A DNA stretch of 64,000 nucleotides from Tubiluchus corallicola. Taxonomy: Eukaryota; Animalia; Priapulida. Within the stretch, counting starts at the first letter, position 1. The number at the start of each line of letters is the position of its first letter. Shown piece by piece: positions 1 through 46,612 of the stretch. The stretch is from positions 1 to 64,000 of the forward strand of contig JAQGDQ010000896.1 in NCBI GenBank assembly GCA_030141605.1, given 5' to 3'. The position numbers were made by a program, and so were the translations under genes. Below the pieces are notes generated by a model. It searched no databases, had not been told where the DNA came from, and was given only the letters and a program-made list of their open reading frames with translations.

Positions 1-950
1 TCTGTCCGATGCTTTGCCCGGTGATTCTTTGTCTGGTAGTCCTCTGTCCGATGCTTTGCCCAGTGACTCTTTGCCTGGTGGTCCTCTGTCCGATGCTTTG
101 CCCGGTGATTCTTTGTCTGGTCGTCCTCTGTCCGATGCTTTGCCCGGTGATTCTTTGTCTGGTGCTCCTCTGTCCGATGCTTTGCCCAGTGACTCTTTGC
201 CTGGTGGTCCTCTGTCCGATGCTTTGTCCGGTGATTCTTTGTCTGGTGGTCCTCTGTCCGATGCTTTGCCCGGTGATTCTTTGTCTGGTAGTCCTCTGTC
301 CGATGCTTTGCCCAGTGACTCTTTGCCTGGTGGTCCTCTGTCCGATGCTTTGCCCGGTGATTCTTTGTCTGGTCGTCCTCTGTCCGATGCTTTGCCCGGT
401 GATTCTTTGTCTGGTGCTCCTCTGTCCGATGCTTTGCCCAGTGACTCTTTGCCTGGTGGTCCTCTGTCCGATGCTTTGTCCGGTGATTCTTTGTCTGGTG
501 GTCCTCTGTCCGATGCTTTGCCCGGTGATTCTTTGTCTGGTAGTCCTCTGTCCGATGCTTTGCCCAGTGACTCTTTGCCTGGTGGTCCTCTGTCCGATGC
601 TTTGCCCAGTGACTCTATGTCTGGTGGTCCTCTGTCCGATGCTTTGCCCAGTGACTCTTTGCCTGGTGGTCCTCTGTCCGATGCTTTGTCCGGTGATTCT
701 TTGTCTGGTCGTCCTTTGTCCGATGCTTTGCCCAGTGACTCTTTGTCTGGTGGTCCTCTGTCCGATGCTTTGCCCAGTGACTCTTTGTCTGGTGGTCCTC
801 TGTCCGATGCTTTGCCCGGTGACTCTTTGCCTGGTCGTCCTCTGTCCGATGCTTTGCCCAGTGACTCTTTGTCTGGTGGTCCTCTGTCCGATGCTTTGCC
901 CGGTGACTCTTTGCCTGGTGACTCTTTGCCTGGTGGTCCTTTGTCCGGTG
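1..950. repeat. 42-bp GC-rich minisatellite (~22 copies, truncated by window start) with a 252-bp higher-order period
   Basis: Unit TCTGTCCGATGCTTTGCCC(G/A)GTGA(T/C)TCTTTG(T/C)CTGGTNNTCC. The rare 'GGTAGTCC' variant recurs at ~37, ~289 and ~541, a spacing of 252 = 6x42. Confidence 0.95.
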
Positions 951-1504
951 GTTATATAAAAAGAGGTTCGATACAGCTGCTGATAGCTTATGATCAAAAG
1001 ACAAGAAATCCACTGGATGATCGAAGTTGGTGGCTCTGCATTCAGTGAAAAGCGCGAGGTATCAAAATACGCCTCTTAGCACACTTCCGACTCTAGTTGG
1101 CTAAATTTCAGGTGCGAGGCTGTTTCAAAATACTAACCACGATTTGAATTTTCGCGTGGTATACGTACGATTTCAGTCGATTTGGCCTGGTTTGGATAGC
1201 CAACACGGTAGAGCATGACTGCTGGATGGAGATACTTGGACGAATTCAGTCGGTTAAAATGAAGTCGATTAACCAGAACTGATCGCGTGCCACTGTTTAA
1301 CACATTCATTTAAAGTTTATTTCAGCACGTAGAAAATGCTATAAAATATTGAAAACTTACACTAAAAACTAAAGAACAAAGAACACTACATGCCATGCAC
1401 TGTTAAGAGATCAACATATATAAATATTTTTATATGAATCTTTAAATCTTGTACATGTATTTTTGCCAAATTGTTTATCCCCAAATAATAATATTGTGGT
1501 AGTA

Positions 1505-1505
<1 letters not shown>

Positions 1506-1550
<45 letters not shown>

Positions 1551-1620
1551 TGTGTGCGTGTATGTGTGTATGTGTGTGTGTTTGCATGTGTGTGTGTGCG
1601 TGCGTGCGTGCGTGCGTGTG
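1506..1620. repeat. (TG)n / (TGCG)n microsatellite
   Basis: Directly visible dinucleotide run. Confidence 0.95.
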
Positions 1621-4600
1621 TTTGTGACGTGTAGCTATTGTACATATGTAGCAGTTTTTATTGTATGTGTGTCGATATATTACACAAAAGTATGATAAAA
1701 ATATAATACATAATTTAAAATAACATTTGCGTTCCAGCTCCAATATAAGTAACTACGCAAATGACAGCATTTATCGACAAGTTGAAGTGTTAATGAGTGA
1801 GGTAATACAGGTATTGCGTGATTGCATCCACATTTCTACCTGTAATTGCGTGATTTACCAAGGGCCACTTAACTGATCATCTTTGGCTTCTTTGTGATTA
1901 TTATGCACGCGAGAGAAGCCCTAGAATGTTCTAGACGTTTGCGCGATATATTTATGATCTATGGTCTCGAGTAATATTTCACTATGACGCAATCATTTAT
2001 TTACTCCTGCTCTGATTACGTCACTGTAATTGCTGATACTAATCGATATGCTATTAGGTAGTGCTTAGAAGACATCATTATGACTGCAGCTGCTTGTAGA
2101 GTCCCATTGGGATGTGAAATCTGTTCATGTTGAAATATTATCTTTGACAGTTTCCAAGAATCAGGTTCATTTAATGATGATTATCATTACATCTTTGGAA
2201 CAACTGCCATTCGATTAAGTTTGAAGATAAATTATCCATCCCATAAAATAGTTCTTAAGTTCTTACACGCTGAAGCGGTGGACTCACACTAAAACGTTTA
2301 CACAGAAGACACACGCTGAAAAATTTCATCCACGCTGAAACAGTTAACTCAATCTGAGCTACTTTGCTTTTTCTAAAATATCTGCCCCTAGTAATTTACT
2401 TCTGGGTAAGATTTTCTCAGAGTACTCCACTTGCAGAGATTTACTCAAACTTTTACTGTTGATAAATTGAAAATAGTTTACTCACACTGAAACAGTTCAC
2501 TATTCAAGCTCTGCTCGCTCGCATTGAGTTTTCAGGTACTTGAACGGATTTGATATGCTCACAGTAAAATTATATGTTCATACTAAGAAAATTTGTTCAC
2601 ATTTAAACAGTTTACTAAAAAACTGAGAAGGTTTATTCAGCCTGAACAGTTGTTGTAAAAGTAAAAAGCTAAATATAATTTTAAAATTCTAAAATGTTAA
2701 AAAATGGCGAAAATTATCAGCAAGTTTTTTAAAATGCAAACAAAGCAGCTCGCAAATAAGTTAGTTTATTTATCATAAAAATAAATAAACAAGTAAAATC
2801 GGAGCGCATGGGGAAACAGTTTATTCTCACTAAATAAGTTCATTTATTTAGAGCGAAACAATTGACATAGAAATCGTTCACTCACACTTAAATAGTTTAT
2901 TCACACTGCGACAGTTTACTTAGCCATTTTCTTTAGCCTCTCTACATAGCATCATGTCAGCTTATAAAGTCAGCATGTGCCAAAAATAATTAGCATGTAA
3001 CGTAATTTATACAATCAATATAGAATGCTATCTGATAAAGTTTAATAATTTATTAAACCTGTAATAGGTGTAATCATACTTGGGAAAAATTGGCTTCATC
3101 CTTAGAAACAGACTGTTAAAACAAGCGCCTTACTTACATGAAAAAGACTATCTTTCCAAAAATTGTAAATTTACAAGCCTTAGAATGAAGAGTACTTAAG
3201 TACTTAAAAAAGTATTGCGCTAAGTACTCAAAACTTGAAAAGCTAGGATATCTGAACTATCTGTCAAAGTGATGATTGTATTAGTGGAGTGAATGTTCGG
3301 TTTTTGCGTCGCATTCATACTTTGTACATGTGTGAACAGGTTACCTATGACGACTAATTGTCGCTAGGCTGTGTGATACGTTCCGCTTGTCAAGCCAGCC
3401 TTAAGCCAAGCCGCTTTACGATTTTGTACGAAATTTCCATTTATATACCTGCAAGAAGAACAAGGAAAATTGCTCGAAATCGATTTACAACAATCCTGGT
3501 GACATGTTCACTTCTGTAGTAACGGAAAAGACTTAATGTTTATTCCTTTCACGCATGCGCATTTATTACGCTGATGTTAATCGACAGGGCTTCAACCTAT
3601 ACACACATTGCCCGGTGTAGATGCTGATGCGAACTTATGTGCGTTTTTGCAATTCCATTTACGAAAAGAAAACGCGTTTAATTGGCGTGTTAAACAAAAA
3701 TAAATTTCGAAATTGATAGGCAAACAAAGTACATTGTCCTTTTTGAACTTTAACCGTCTCCTATAAATTGCGTGCTATTCAAAATAGTGGTTTATTGGTG
3801 TTGTTGTGGCGACAAAGGGTACGCGAATAAGTGCAAAAACACAAGAATAACTTCATTCAACAGTTTTCATACCTCTTATCTTATTTCTTTGGGATAACCC
3901 CAGTTTGTTCAAGTTATAAAAGTTTAGAAGCTACGAAAGGAAGTAAGTGGCAAAGTCACATCCGGAACAGATTTCTAATGTGTGGTGCGCAGCAGCCGGT
4001 GTTTACCTACAATCCTGTGTACCTGTGTTGCAAGTTGTGTGTGACATAAACATGGATTTAGAAAACTGGGACTGAATAATCACTGTAGTGAGCTTTTTCT
4101 CGCTTGGCATTTGTTGCTCCAAGTTTGCGATAATCTACTTATAATTTCTTTGTGGGAATGGCGCAGTAGAAATAGTCTTACCGAACATTTCTGTAACAAC
4201 AAATTTGCGAAATTTGAACAAAAACGTGATAGACTTGTGATTCGTTTAATCATTATATACTAACATACACTCAAACCTTTTGATTGTTTGGGTTCTAAAA
4301 TTGCCAGAATAACAGCGTATAGACCTAACATTGGAACTGGAATATTGAAATTTCTGTGGATACTGCACGAAGCGTGAAATTTATGCAAAGTCGTACAAAC
4401 ATTATATTGTGCACATAGCAGACTTCAGTAAACTGCAGTTGTTAGAACTACAAAAATATTGTAATATAATCAACTATGAGCGTGAAAGAAGCATTGTCGA
4501 TAAGTTAAAGTACGCAGAGTTGTAGATGGAGCATTGCCGTTGCCAGAGTCGCATAAAATAACAAAAACAATTTTTGGAGCACCGCAGAAACAAGGTCCAC

Positions 4601-4696
4601 GAATGCCAAAGCATGGCATTGTTCACTTCAAAAGCACCGGACATTGAAAACTCTGCAGAAACATAAAATAAAGGTAGTCTTCACCAACTGGACACA

Positions 4697-39235
<34,539 letters not shown>

Positions 39236-39825
39236 AGTGAGGTCACACTCCATTACTCACAAAGAGTAAATTATTTAAACAAGAATAAATTATTTAAACA
39301 CCTGATAGCAGATATCCATATATCTTGTTTTGGATGTTTAGATAGGTTTCAGTTGTCTGTCTTGTAGCTTTACGTAATAATATTTACAATCGTGGAAAAT
39401 TTTACAAAAATTATTTGCTGAAACACTCCCTAATTGGACATTGACAAAACACACTATAATTATTATCATCTTGTACATAGTTCCGCGAAAACCATATACA
39501 TTAAATATTGTCTGTCTTTATGGTTTTGCATAAACATGACGAAATAACAATTTCATTTTGTTTTAATTTTAATGTAATTTTATTTAAATTATTTTATTTC
39601 CCATCCCTGTGATATTTCGTAATTTGGACATCTGATTAAAAGTGCTTTGTTGACGATCTGTAAGTCTATTATCAGTATACAATACATGTATGAGTAGGCC
39701 CGTTAAGCAGGACTTTTAATAGGTCACCTCGATGTCTGGATTGGTGTTTTACATTATAGAAAATAGCTTGTTTGTGTATACCGTTGGAGTTGTAGTATTA
39801 TCTTATGATCTTTATAAAAGATATA

Positions 39826-40346
39826 CCGTATATACTTACATACAAGTCGAATTTTTGGAGGCAATTTTAAGGTAAAATTTTTGGGGTCGACTTATACTTA
39901 AGATATGTTTTGTGAGATGCCGCTAAAGAGTCATCTACAATACGAATATTTAAAGAAATAATCATTCATTATACGCTGGATTGAAGGAACACTCATCACT
40001 TGATACTTCACATCAGAGAATGTTCGCATATTTCACAAAATTAACAAATATTACTGCAATTTATTTTAGTAATGACCTCAACATGATTATATACATACAC
40101 ACATATATATATACATATATATATCGGGTAGGTATTATGTACTCGGCCCAGGCACTTGTACGTATCTTACACACTAACACAGTAGGCTATTGATTTATTA
40201 CTCAGCCATTGTTGATATCATTTACTCTGGAAGATCTTAATATTTTAGGGTCGACTTGTACACAGGTAATATATGAAATGAAATTTTTGGTCTTAAAATG
40301 CACATCGACTTGTACACAAGGTCGAGTTGTACATAAGTATATACGG
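39826..40346. mobile_element. Tc1/mariner-pogo-superfamily MITE (TA TSD), possibly in the MFSD4A 3'UTR
   Basis: TA-CCGTATATACTTA..ACAAGTCGA ... TCGAGTTGTACATAAGTATATACGG-TA; subterminal GTCGACTT repeats. Confidence 0.8.
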
Positions 40347-43278
40347 TATAACAAGAATAATGTGAACTGTGAATAAAGTGAATCAGATGCAATTGTGCGG
40401 TTTGTTAGGCTTAAGTTAATTAAGTTAATGTTGATAAAGGTGGTGGTCTACTTTTAACCTGTCTCACTCGGGTTCACAGTACAAAATTGGGCCTACACAG
40501 ACTCAACATTGTTACCAAAAATATTGTAATTTACACAGTAATTTCATTCACACTGTCGTTCTGTGCTCGCCTGCTTATTAATTTTTCTAACTACCATTGA
40601 GTGTGCATTTTTAACATTTAATTAAACTGTAGATCATTAAGAAAAAACAATTAGGTTTATTTAATTTGTTTGTGGACAATATATTTAATGCCTATGTCGT
40701 TGATTGATTCACTTTACACTTGTAACATATCTGCAGTTTACAGCAAAAACAATACGGTGCAGTTTCTAATCTGTCAGGTGATTTTGTGTGAAGTTGTAAT
40801 TTGAGCTTAGGTCTGTCATTTTTCAAATGGAATATTCATTGAATTTACAACCAGCTGTAAAAAGTCATTATTTGAACTTAGTTTATGTCGCAAAATATGA
40901 AATAAAAAACAATAATTATCAATGAGCAAGTATTTCTATTTTCTGTGTCATTATTGTCGTTTTAATTATATAAACGCATCTATTACGTTTAAACTCGTCA
41001 TAATACAGAAAGTTTGCTGACTTTTATTATGAGTTTCTATTAACTGCATTTTGAATAAAAGGATATCAGCAGATGAGACATCGGGGGATATCTGCCTGAT
41101 TTTCTGCTCATATCAGTTGTATCTGACCTCTCTGTATGTTGACAAACAGAGTCATTCCGGTAACATTTCTCACCGAGGTTGCATGGCAACAAGTCCATGC
41201 TAAATATATTTTAAATTACTAGTTTTTACGGTTTGACATCAACGAATGTTCAGAAGACGATAAGTAATGATGTGATGTTAAGGCTACTATTTGTGGGAGT
41301 ACACAAATTAAACTTACGTGCTCTATTTACAGACATGATAATAGTTTTAATAATAGGCGCCATTAAAGATTAATAAGAATTATTCTTTGTGCAAATGTGC
41401 ACATTAAATTTTAAGGAATGTAGAGTCAAAAACAAATTTATACGTAATGACTAAAAAACTGTTTTGCATACGATTAGGTCAGATGTGAAACTTTCTGTCA
41501 CAAATGCACCGGCTCATGCATGCAACTGCAAACGAATTTAATATATTTTCGTAAATTATCATTTTGATAATCACTGTTATTATTGTTTATATAAATTATG
41601 TTGTGGAGGTATGAGTTGGTTTTGCATTCTGAAAGCCTCAAAGAACTGAGAAATTTCTTAGAGCATAAATATACACAAGATAATGCAAGATACGTAAATA
41701 CATGTGGCAAAGGTGTCACGAAGGCATGAAAAAAGAAATTTAGAAAAAGCAATACACAAAAAATAACAGATCCTTAATAAGAGATTATTATTTTATGACA
41801 TAGATGCCAAATGCAAAGCAATTTTGGGAAAAGGTTATCCACATATTCTTTTTTACTAATTAGGAGCAACGTTGTCCTTGGGTTTACCTTTTGATTGTTA
41901 AACTGGAGCATGTGACTTACTAATGATCATGAAGTGTTCTTGATTAGTTTATTAAACTCGAGATCTGGTAGCCTGTCCAAAAGTTTCTCTCGTCATAAGA
42001 ATATTAGACAAAATAATTACGAATTTGTTTGGTTAATGTAAGCAAACTGTTCATCCTCAAATGTTAGCACGGCCACACTGTACGAATTAAAATAGTGTAT
42101 CACCACCACCAACATCACTACCATTAACATGTCGTCATTGTAGATCTGGCAATTTAGTATAGAAATTCGCATGCTTGCATTTTGTTATAGTTGTCTTACA
42201 AGTTTTTATCTTACAATGTATCATAGGTTCCAGGGACAACAAATAAACTTACACAGTGACAAAGACTTACTGAAATCCGTCGTGTAGAAGTGCCAGTTTC
42301 TTCTCAGATTCCTAGAAGAGTTAGATCATAAGAATTCCCATGTTGTTTTTTGGGATGTCTTCTTTATGTGTCGGCCACGCTTTCCAAGTAAGTTGTAAAG
42401 GTTAGCAACACTGTTCTTCTTTTTAAAACTAAAGTCAGTGAGTTAATGTTCCCGAGTAATTGACTACCGCATTCCAGTTAGCATTTTTTAACATGTTCGT
42501 TTATTAATATCATAATGATAATTTAAAATAATTATTCTTACTTTTATTTTACTTGTATACTAGCGGAATTCGCATTATGATGTTCATCATTATAATACCT
42601 GACTACCTGTGGTACGCTGGTTGTATTTCCAAAGCTTTTATTATTGTATAATAATATGTGCTTTTTATTTTATTTGGTGTGACTAAATAAGCCTTAAGCT
42701 ATTTATAGGTGTACTTGAAAAAGTGACCTTAATTAATAGTTAATATTAAATAATTCTTCTCTGTCGGCTGAAATCATTCTAGCACCAATGGTTTGTGTAT
42801 AATTTATTCTGTTGTTATATTATTACATGTGCAGTCTTAGTTGTAATAAATGATTTGATTTAGTTGGCTCATTATTTCATTCTGTCGTCTAATTATTGCT
42901 TGTAAACAAGCATGATTGTTATTTTGCAAATGGGTTACGCATAAGTTGTTCTGTAACGGTTCAAATGCCTTATTTGAAATTTATTGCATTTGCTATTCTT
43001 CTACTTTATTTTGGCATTGCATCATGTGCTTCATTATGTCAAGAGGTAAATTTATATGTTCTGTTTTACATTATTAACACCTTAATCGTTACTCGTCCTG
43101 TACTGTTCGTAATTTATATATGTAAGGTATCGTAAACTGTATAGATCGCTATGGTCTATTCTAAAAATGAACTGGCATTTACTATACTTTATTCATTGCG
43201 TCTAATCAAATTATACATACAAACTACGTAGAACTAACTCTGGAAACCCCAGCTAGACTTGTTGTTGTTTAGCATTAT

Positions 43279-43319
43279 GTAAGTTTCTTCTTTGTATTAA
43301 TAATTGTTATGTTTTGCAG
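43279..43319 (+). other. Candidate 41-nt 5'UTR micro-intron upstream of COX20
   Basis: Perfect GTAAGT donor and T-rich GTTTTGCAG acceptor ending 52 nt before the COX20 ATG. Confidence 0.5.
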
Positions 43320-43371
43320 ACATTTCCATACTTGAGAAGGTTCCCTAGTGGTATAGTTCTTGTATTATATA

Positions 43372-43719
43372 ATGCCTGACAGCATCGCTGATGATCCTGA
43401 CCAAAAGCAAGAAAAATCATTGTTTGTTTTTGGAGAGAACATATCGGAGATTCCTTGTTTTCGAAAGTCGGTCTTGACTGGTGTTGGCACAGGCTTGGCC
43501 GTAGGACTACTTTCTTTCATCGGGACAAGCAGAGTTCGTCGATCTGCTGACTTGTCTGTGATCTCATTTGCTGCCGGTACTTTGCTAATGTGGTGTTACT
43601 GTAGGTACAACTATGCAGTACAAAACTTTAATTACAGACAACTACAGCAGAAAGTTTCTTATAAACAGTCCATTGAAGATATTAACATAGAAAAGGACGA
43701 TGAGCAATCAACAAAATAA
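43372..43719 (+). CDS. COX20: Cytochrome c oxidase assembly factor COX20 (FAM36A), 115 aa, single coding exon
   Basis: IPCFRKSVLTG..GLLSFIGTSRVRRSADLSVISF..TLLMWCYCRYNYA matches the recalled COX20 signature (PCxR...TSR..RS.D...W..CRYN) with two hydrophobic segments. ATG at 43372; the track start at 43360 is a TTG. Confidence 0.9.
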   Translation: MPDSIADDPDQKQEKSLFVFGENISEIPCFRKSVLTGVGTGLAVGLLSFIGTSRVRRSADLSVISFAAGTLLMWCYCRYNYAVQNFNYRQLQQKVSYKQSIEDINIEKDDEQSTK

Positions 43720-43762
43720 CTTTACGAAACTTCTCTGAATTGGCCACTGCTTTTGTCACAAA

Positions 43763-44851
43763 ATGTCTGCGGAAGAACAGGAAACTGCTCAGGAAGTTGT
43801 GAAATTCCTGGATATACATGCCAGGACCGACGTGAAAGCCCTTAGCTTGCAGTTCTTTTTAGGGTTAACTGGAACGCAGCAAGGTCGTTCCTTTGTCATT
43901 CAGCACAAAGATCGTTTTCTGGCACCAGTGTACAAGCTAACAGAAGACAAAACCGGCGCAATTGTCAAAGACTCATTTCTGTTTCTTATTAATCTTAGTG
44001 GTGATGAGGCTGGAGCTGTTGCAATGTTATCGGTGAAGCAGCCCGATTTTACGAACAAACTGCTAAGCTATGTGAAAGATAATACGAGCGATTATGCAGA
44101 TAGTGTTTGTATGATAATGTCTAATTTAACTAGAACTGAAGAATGTTGTGAACAGTTTTATAAGTTTATGTCGGAAGGTGAAGTCACCGTGGAGCACTTA
44201 ATTAGCATGCTGTGCCAGATTGGATATAACGAGAAAAACTGTTTAGATTACCTTGCGCCTTTATTGTCGAATCTTACTCAGTTACCTGATGTGAGAAAGC
44301 TTATTTTGGAACAGGACGAAGAAAGACAGCTGTTTCAACGCTTACTTCCATTTACAACCTATTCTCAGTCCAGCGTTAGAAGAGGTGGCGTCATTGGCGC
44401 GGTACGCAACTGTTGTTTCGAATCGACATATCATCCGTGGCTGTTGGGAGATGCTGTAGACTTGTTGCCACGGTTACTGCTGCCCTTAGCTGGGGGTGAA
44501 GAGCTTTCAGATGAAGAAATGGAAAAACTACCAATAGATCTGCAGTACTTGCCAGCAGAGAAGACAAGAGACACCGACGCAGATATCAGAAAAATGCTCG
44601 TTGAATCTTTGATACAACTATGCGCGACTAAGATGGGTAGAATGTACTTAAAAGACAACTATACCTATGTAATCATGCGTGAATATTACAAGTGGGAAAT
44701 TGTTAAATCAAATAAAATTACTGCTGAAAAGCTGATTGAGATTCTCATAGGTGATGAACCTGAACCCGGAATGGAAGATCTACACAAAGTGGAAATTCCT
44801 AGTGAATTAAGCAACAAGTTTAAGAAATTGGATGTCGAAGATGACTTATAA
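43763..44851 (+). CDS. HGH1: HGH1 homolog (FAM203/Brp16; ARM-like eEF2 chaperone), 362 aa, intronless
   Basis: Motifs LINLS, MSNLTR, DYLAPLLSNLTQ, RRGGVIGAVRNCCF, LLLPLAGGEE...LPIDLQYLP..K.RD.D.DIRKML.E.L.QLCAT..GR are characteristic of HGH1. Confidence 0.93.
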   Translation: MSAEEQETAQEVVKFLDIHARTDVKALSLQFFLGLTGTQQGRSFVIQHKDRFLAPVYKLTEDKTGAIVKDSFLFLINLSGDEAGAVAMLSVKQPDFTNKLLSYVKDNTSDYADSVCMIMSNLTRTEECCEQFYKFMSEGEVTVEHLISMLCQIGYNEKNCLDYLAPLLSNLTQLPDVRKLILEQDEERQLFQRLLPFTTYSQSSVRRGGVIGAVRNCCFESTYHPWLLGDAVDLLPRLLLPLAGGEELSDEEMEKLPIDLQYLPAEKTRDTDADIRKMLVESLIQLCATKMGRMYLKDNYTYVIMREYYKWEIVKSNKITAEKLIEILIGDEPEPGMEDLHKVEIPSELSNKFKKLDVEDDL

Positions 44852-44871
44852 AATATATTTAAAAATAGCTG

Positions 44872-44877
44872 AATAAA
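44872..44877 (+). promoter_or_regulatory. Candidate polyadenylation signal for COX20-HGH1
   Basis: AATAAA 20 nt after the HGH1 stop, followed by T-rich sequence. Confidence 0.55.
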
Positions 44878-45455
44878 GTTTTTTGAAATTTAGGAAGGAT
44901 AAAATTATGGATAAAGTTTATTAGTTTACTATTTTAATTTTATATGCCTATGCATCTTTTATGGGCCCATTTATTTGTATGGTACTATTAGTGGCACAGT
45001 GTTATAGCGAGAAATGATTGCTATTTAGTTTACATTTACCTACATTTTTTCTGCACATTTTTGAGTACTGTAAAAAAGGTATTTGGAAATGGGTAACCTA
45101 TAGTTTTAGAGTTCCTGTCTGTTGTGTCATTTGCTTAGATGCAGTTGGCATTACTTGTTGTGGCAGTAAAATTGTTACTTCCAGCATGGATTCAGAGAGA
45201 TAACTGAAGTTTGGTTTATTTGACCACTTGGCGCACACGTGCCGTGATCTCTACATTCTTGGCTCGTATGCAGCTGGGCAGTGTAGTGCCGCGTAGTGTT
45301 AGATTAAGCATTCAATTTGTACCATAATAATGCACATTGATGCAAGCAATTTTAACTATTGTTGCTTCATTTGGTTACTTGTGATTGTAAAAATGGTTAG
45401 AATTTGTTAATCTAGGCATATTACTAATGCTTTGTTAGACACATAATTGATAATA

Positions 45456-45997
45456 CAGTAAATTCTGTGTAACTCAATATCGCATAACTCAAATTTTTGC
45501 CTAACTTAAAGAATTTCAGCGGAACGGATGAAATCCTTCGTTTTTCCCACAAAAAACATTGCTTAACTCAAAATATATCTCAAAAAAATATATCTCAAAA
45601 TTTTGTACAACTCAAATAAAAAATTATGGTCTATTTAATTGAAATACATGTAATTTACTTCGCCTAATGCAAAAACGCAATCTATACTTTTGAAAAATAA
45701 AAAAGTTTCCTACAACTACAAAACAGTTTCGTCTTACAGGAAAATTTTGATGTCTTGTACAAGTTGCGTCCCCCCCATTATTTTCTCCGGGATTGGAGTT
45801 TCCATGATCTTTTGTAACATAAAAAAAATCGTGTTTCGCTACTTAATTTGCTATTCTTTATGTATAAAAGGGTTGACGTTCTGCCTTCTATTTAGTTCGC
45901 CGTCTGGAGGAGGGATTCTGTGCTGCAAAATGGTCAACATTGCATAACTCAAGTTTTTTTTCGGTCTGGTTGGATTTGAGTTATGAATAATTTATAG
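45456..45997. mobile_element. Tc1/pogo-like MITE (TA TSD, CAGTAAA terminus)
   Basis: TA-CAGTAAATTCTGTGTAACTCAA ... TTGAGTTATGAATAATTTATAG-TA; repeated TAACTCAA; related right end at ~63945-63999. Confidence 0.65.
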
Positions 45998-46073
45998 TAC
46001 TATTATTAGTACTATTAACAATAATAGTACTACATCACGTACTGGAATTAAAAAAACTACTAAATATGAGGGC

Positions 46074-46431
46074 CAGTGGCGTAGTTAATAGCGGAGCACT
46101 TATAAGGGCAAGTGCCTCTCCCAGAGCACATTTTTCAAAATTGCCGATTTTTCAACATTTTTTCACAATGCTTCGTTTTGTTTTCATTCTACGTTAAAAA
46201 TTAAAAGTTAAATAACGCACGTTTTATTACGTCTTGAGATTTATGAACTTACTGTAAATGTTTCCCTGCATTTTTTACTACTTTTATAACAATCATGTAC
46301 TTCCTTTAAAACTGTATCTTCCACGTGTAAATAAAATACATAATCAATGCGTTAAAAATCGTTTGGTATGTGTCACGGTGCCTTTTTTATGTGCTTGCTC
46401 CCTCTAATTTTAGAACCCGACTATGCCTCTG
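46074..46431. mobile_element. hAT-like MITE with 8-bp TSD (7/8 match)
   Basis: ATGAGGGC | CAGTGGCGTAGT ... ACTATGCCTCTG | GTGAGGGC. Confidence 0.72.
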
Positions 46432-46612
46432 GTGAGGGCACCATAGGACCATCAGTCCTTTACGTGTTCCCAGTTCTTTTTGTTTTTTACAATATATTAA
46501 TGTAAAAATAGTTACCGGGCAGCTAGTCATTGCTTTTCACGCTTGGTCACTGGCTGCATTTTTTAAAAGAATTCAGGGAAAAGTGGATTTAATAAAAATG
46601 TTTAGTTGTAGA

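Noticed and set aside
9-1048. 316-aa and 344-aa ORFs
   Set aside because: Translations of a 42-bp tandem repeat with non-ATG starts and no domain. A coding exon continuing from outside the window cannot be fully excluded but is unsupported.
43360-44851. COX20-HGH1 fusion protein by readthrough or frameshift
   Set aside because: The ORFs are in different frames, there is a TGA at 43736-43738 in the HGH1 frame, and the spacer has no AG for a splice junction
43372-44851. Bacterial operon or contamination
   Set aside because: Both proteins are eukaryote-specific, and the flanks are continuous with animal-type repeats and intron-containing genes
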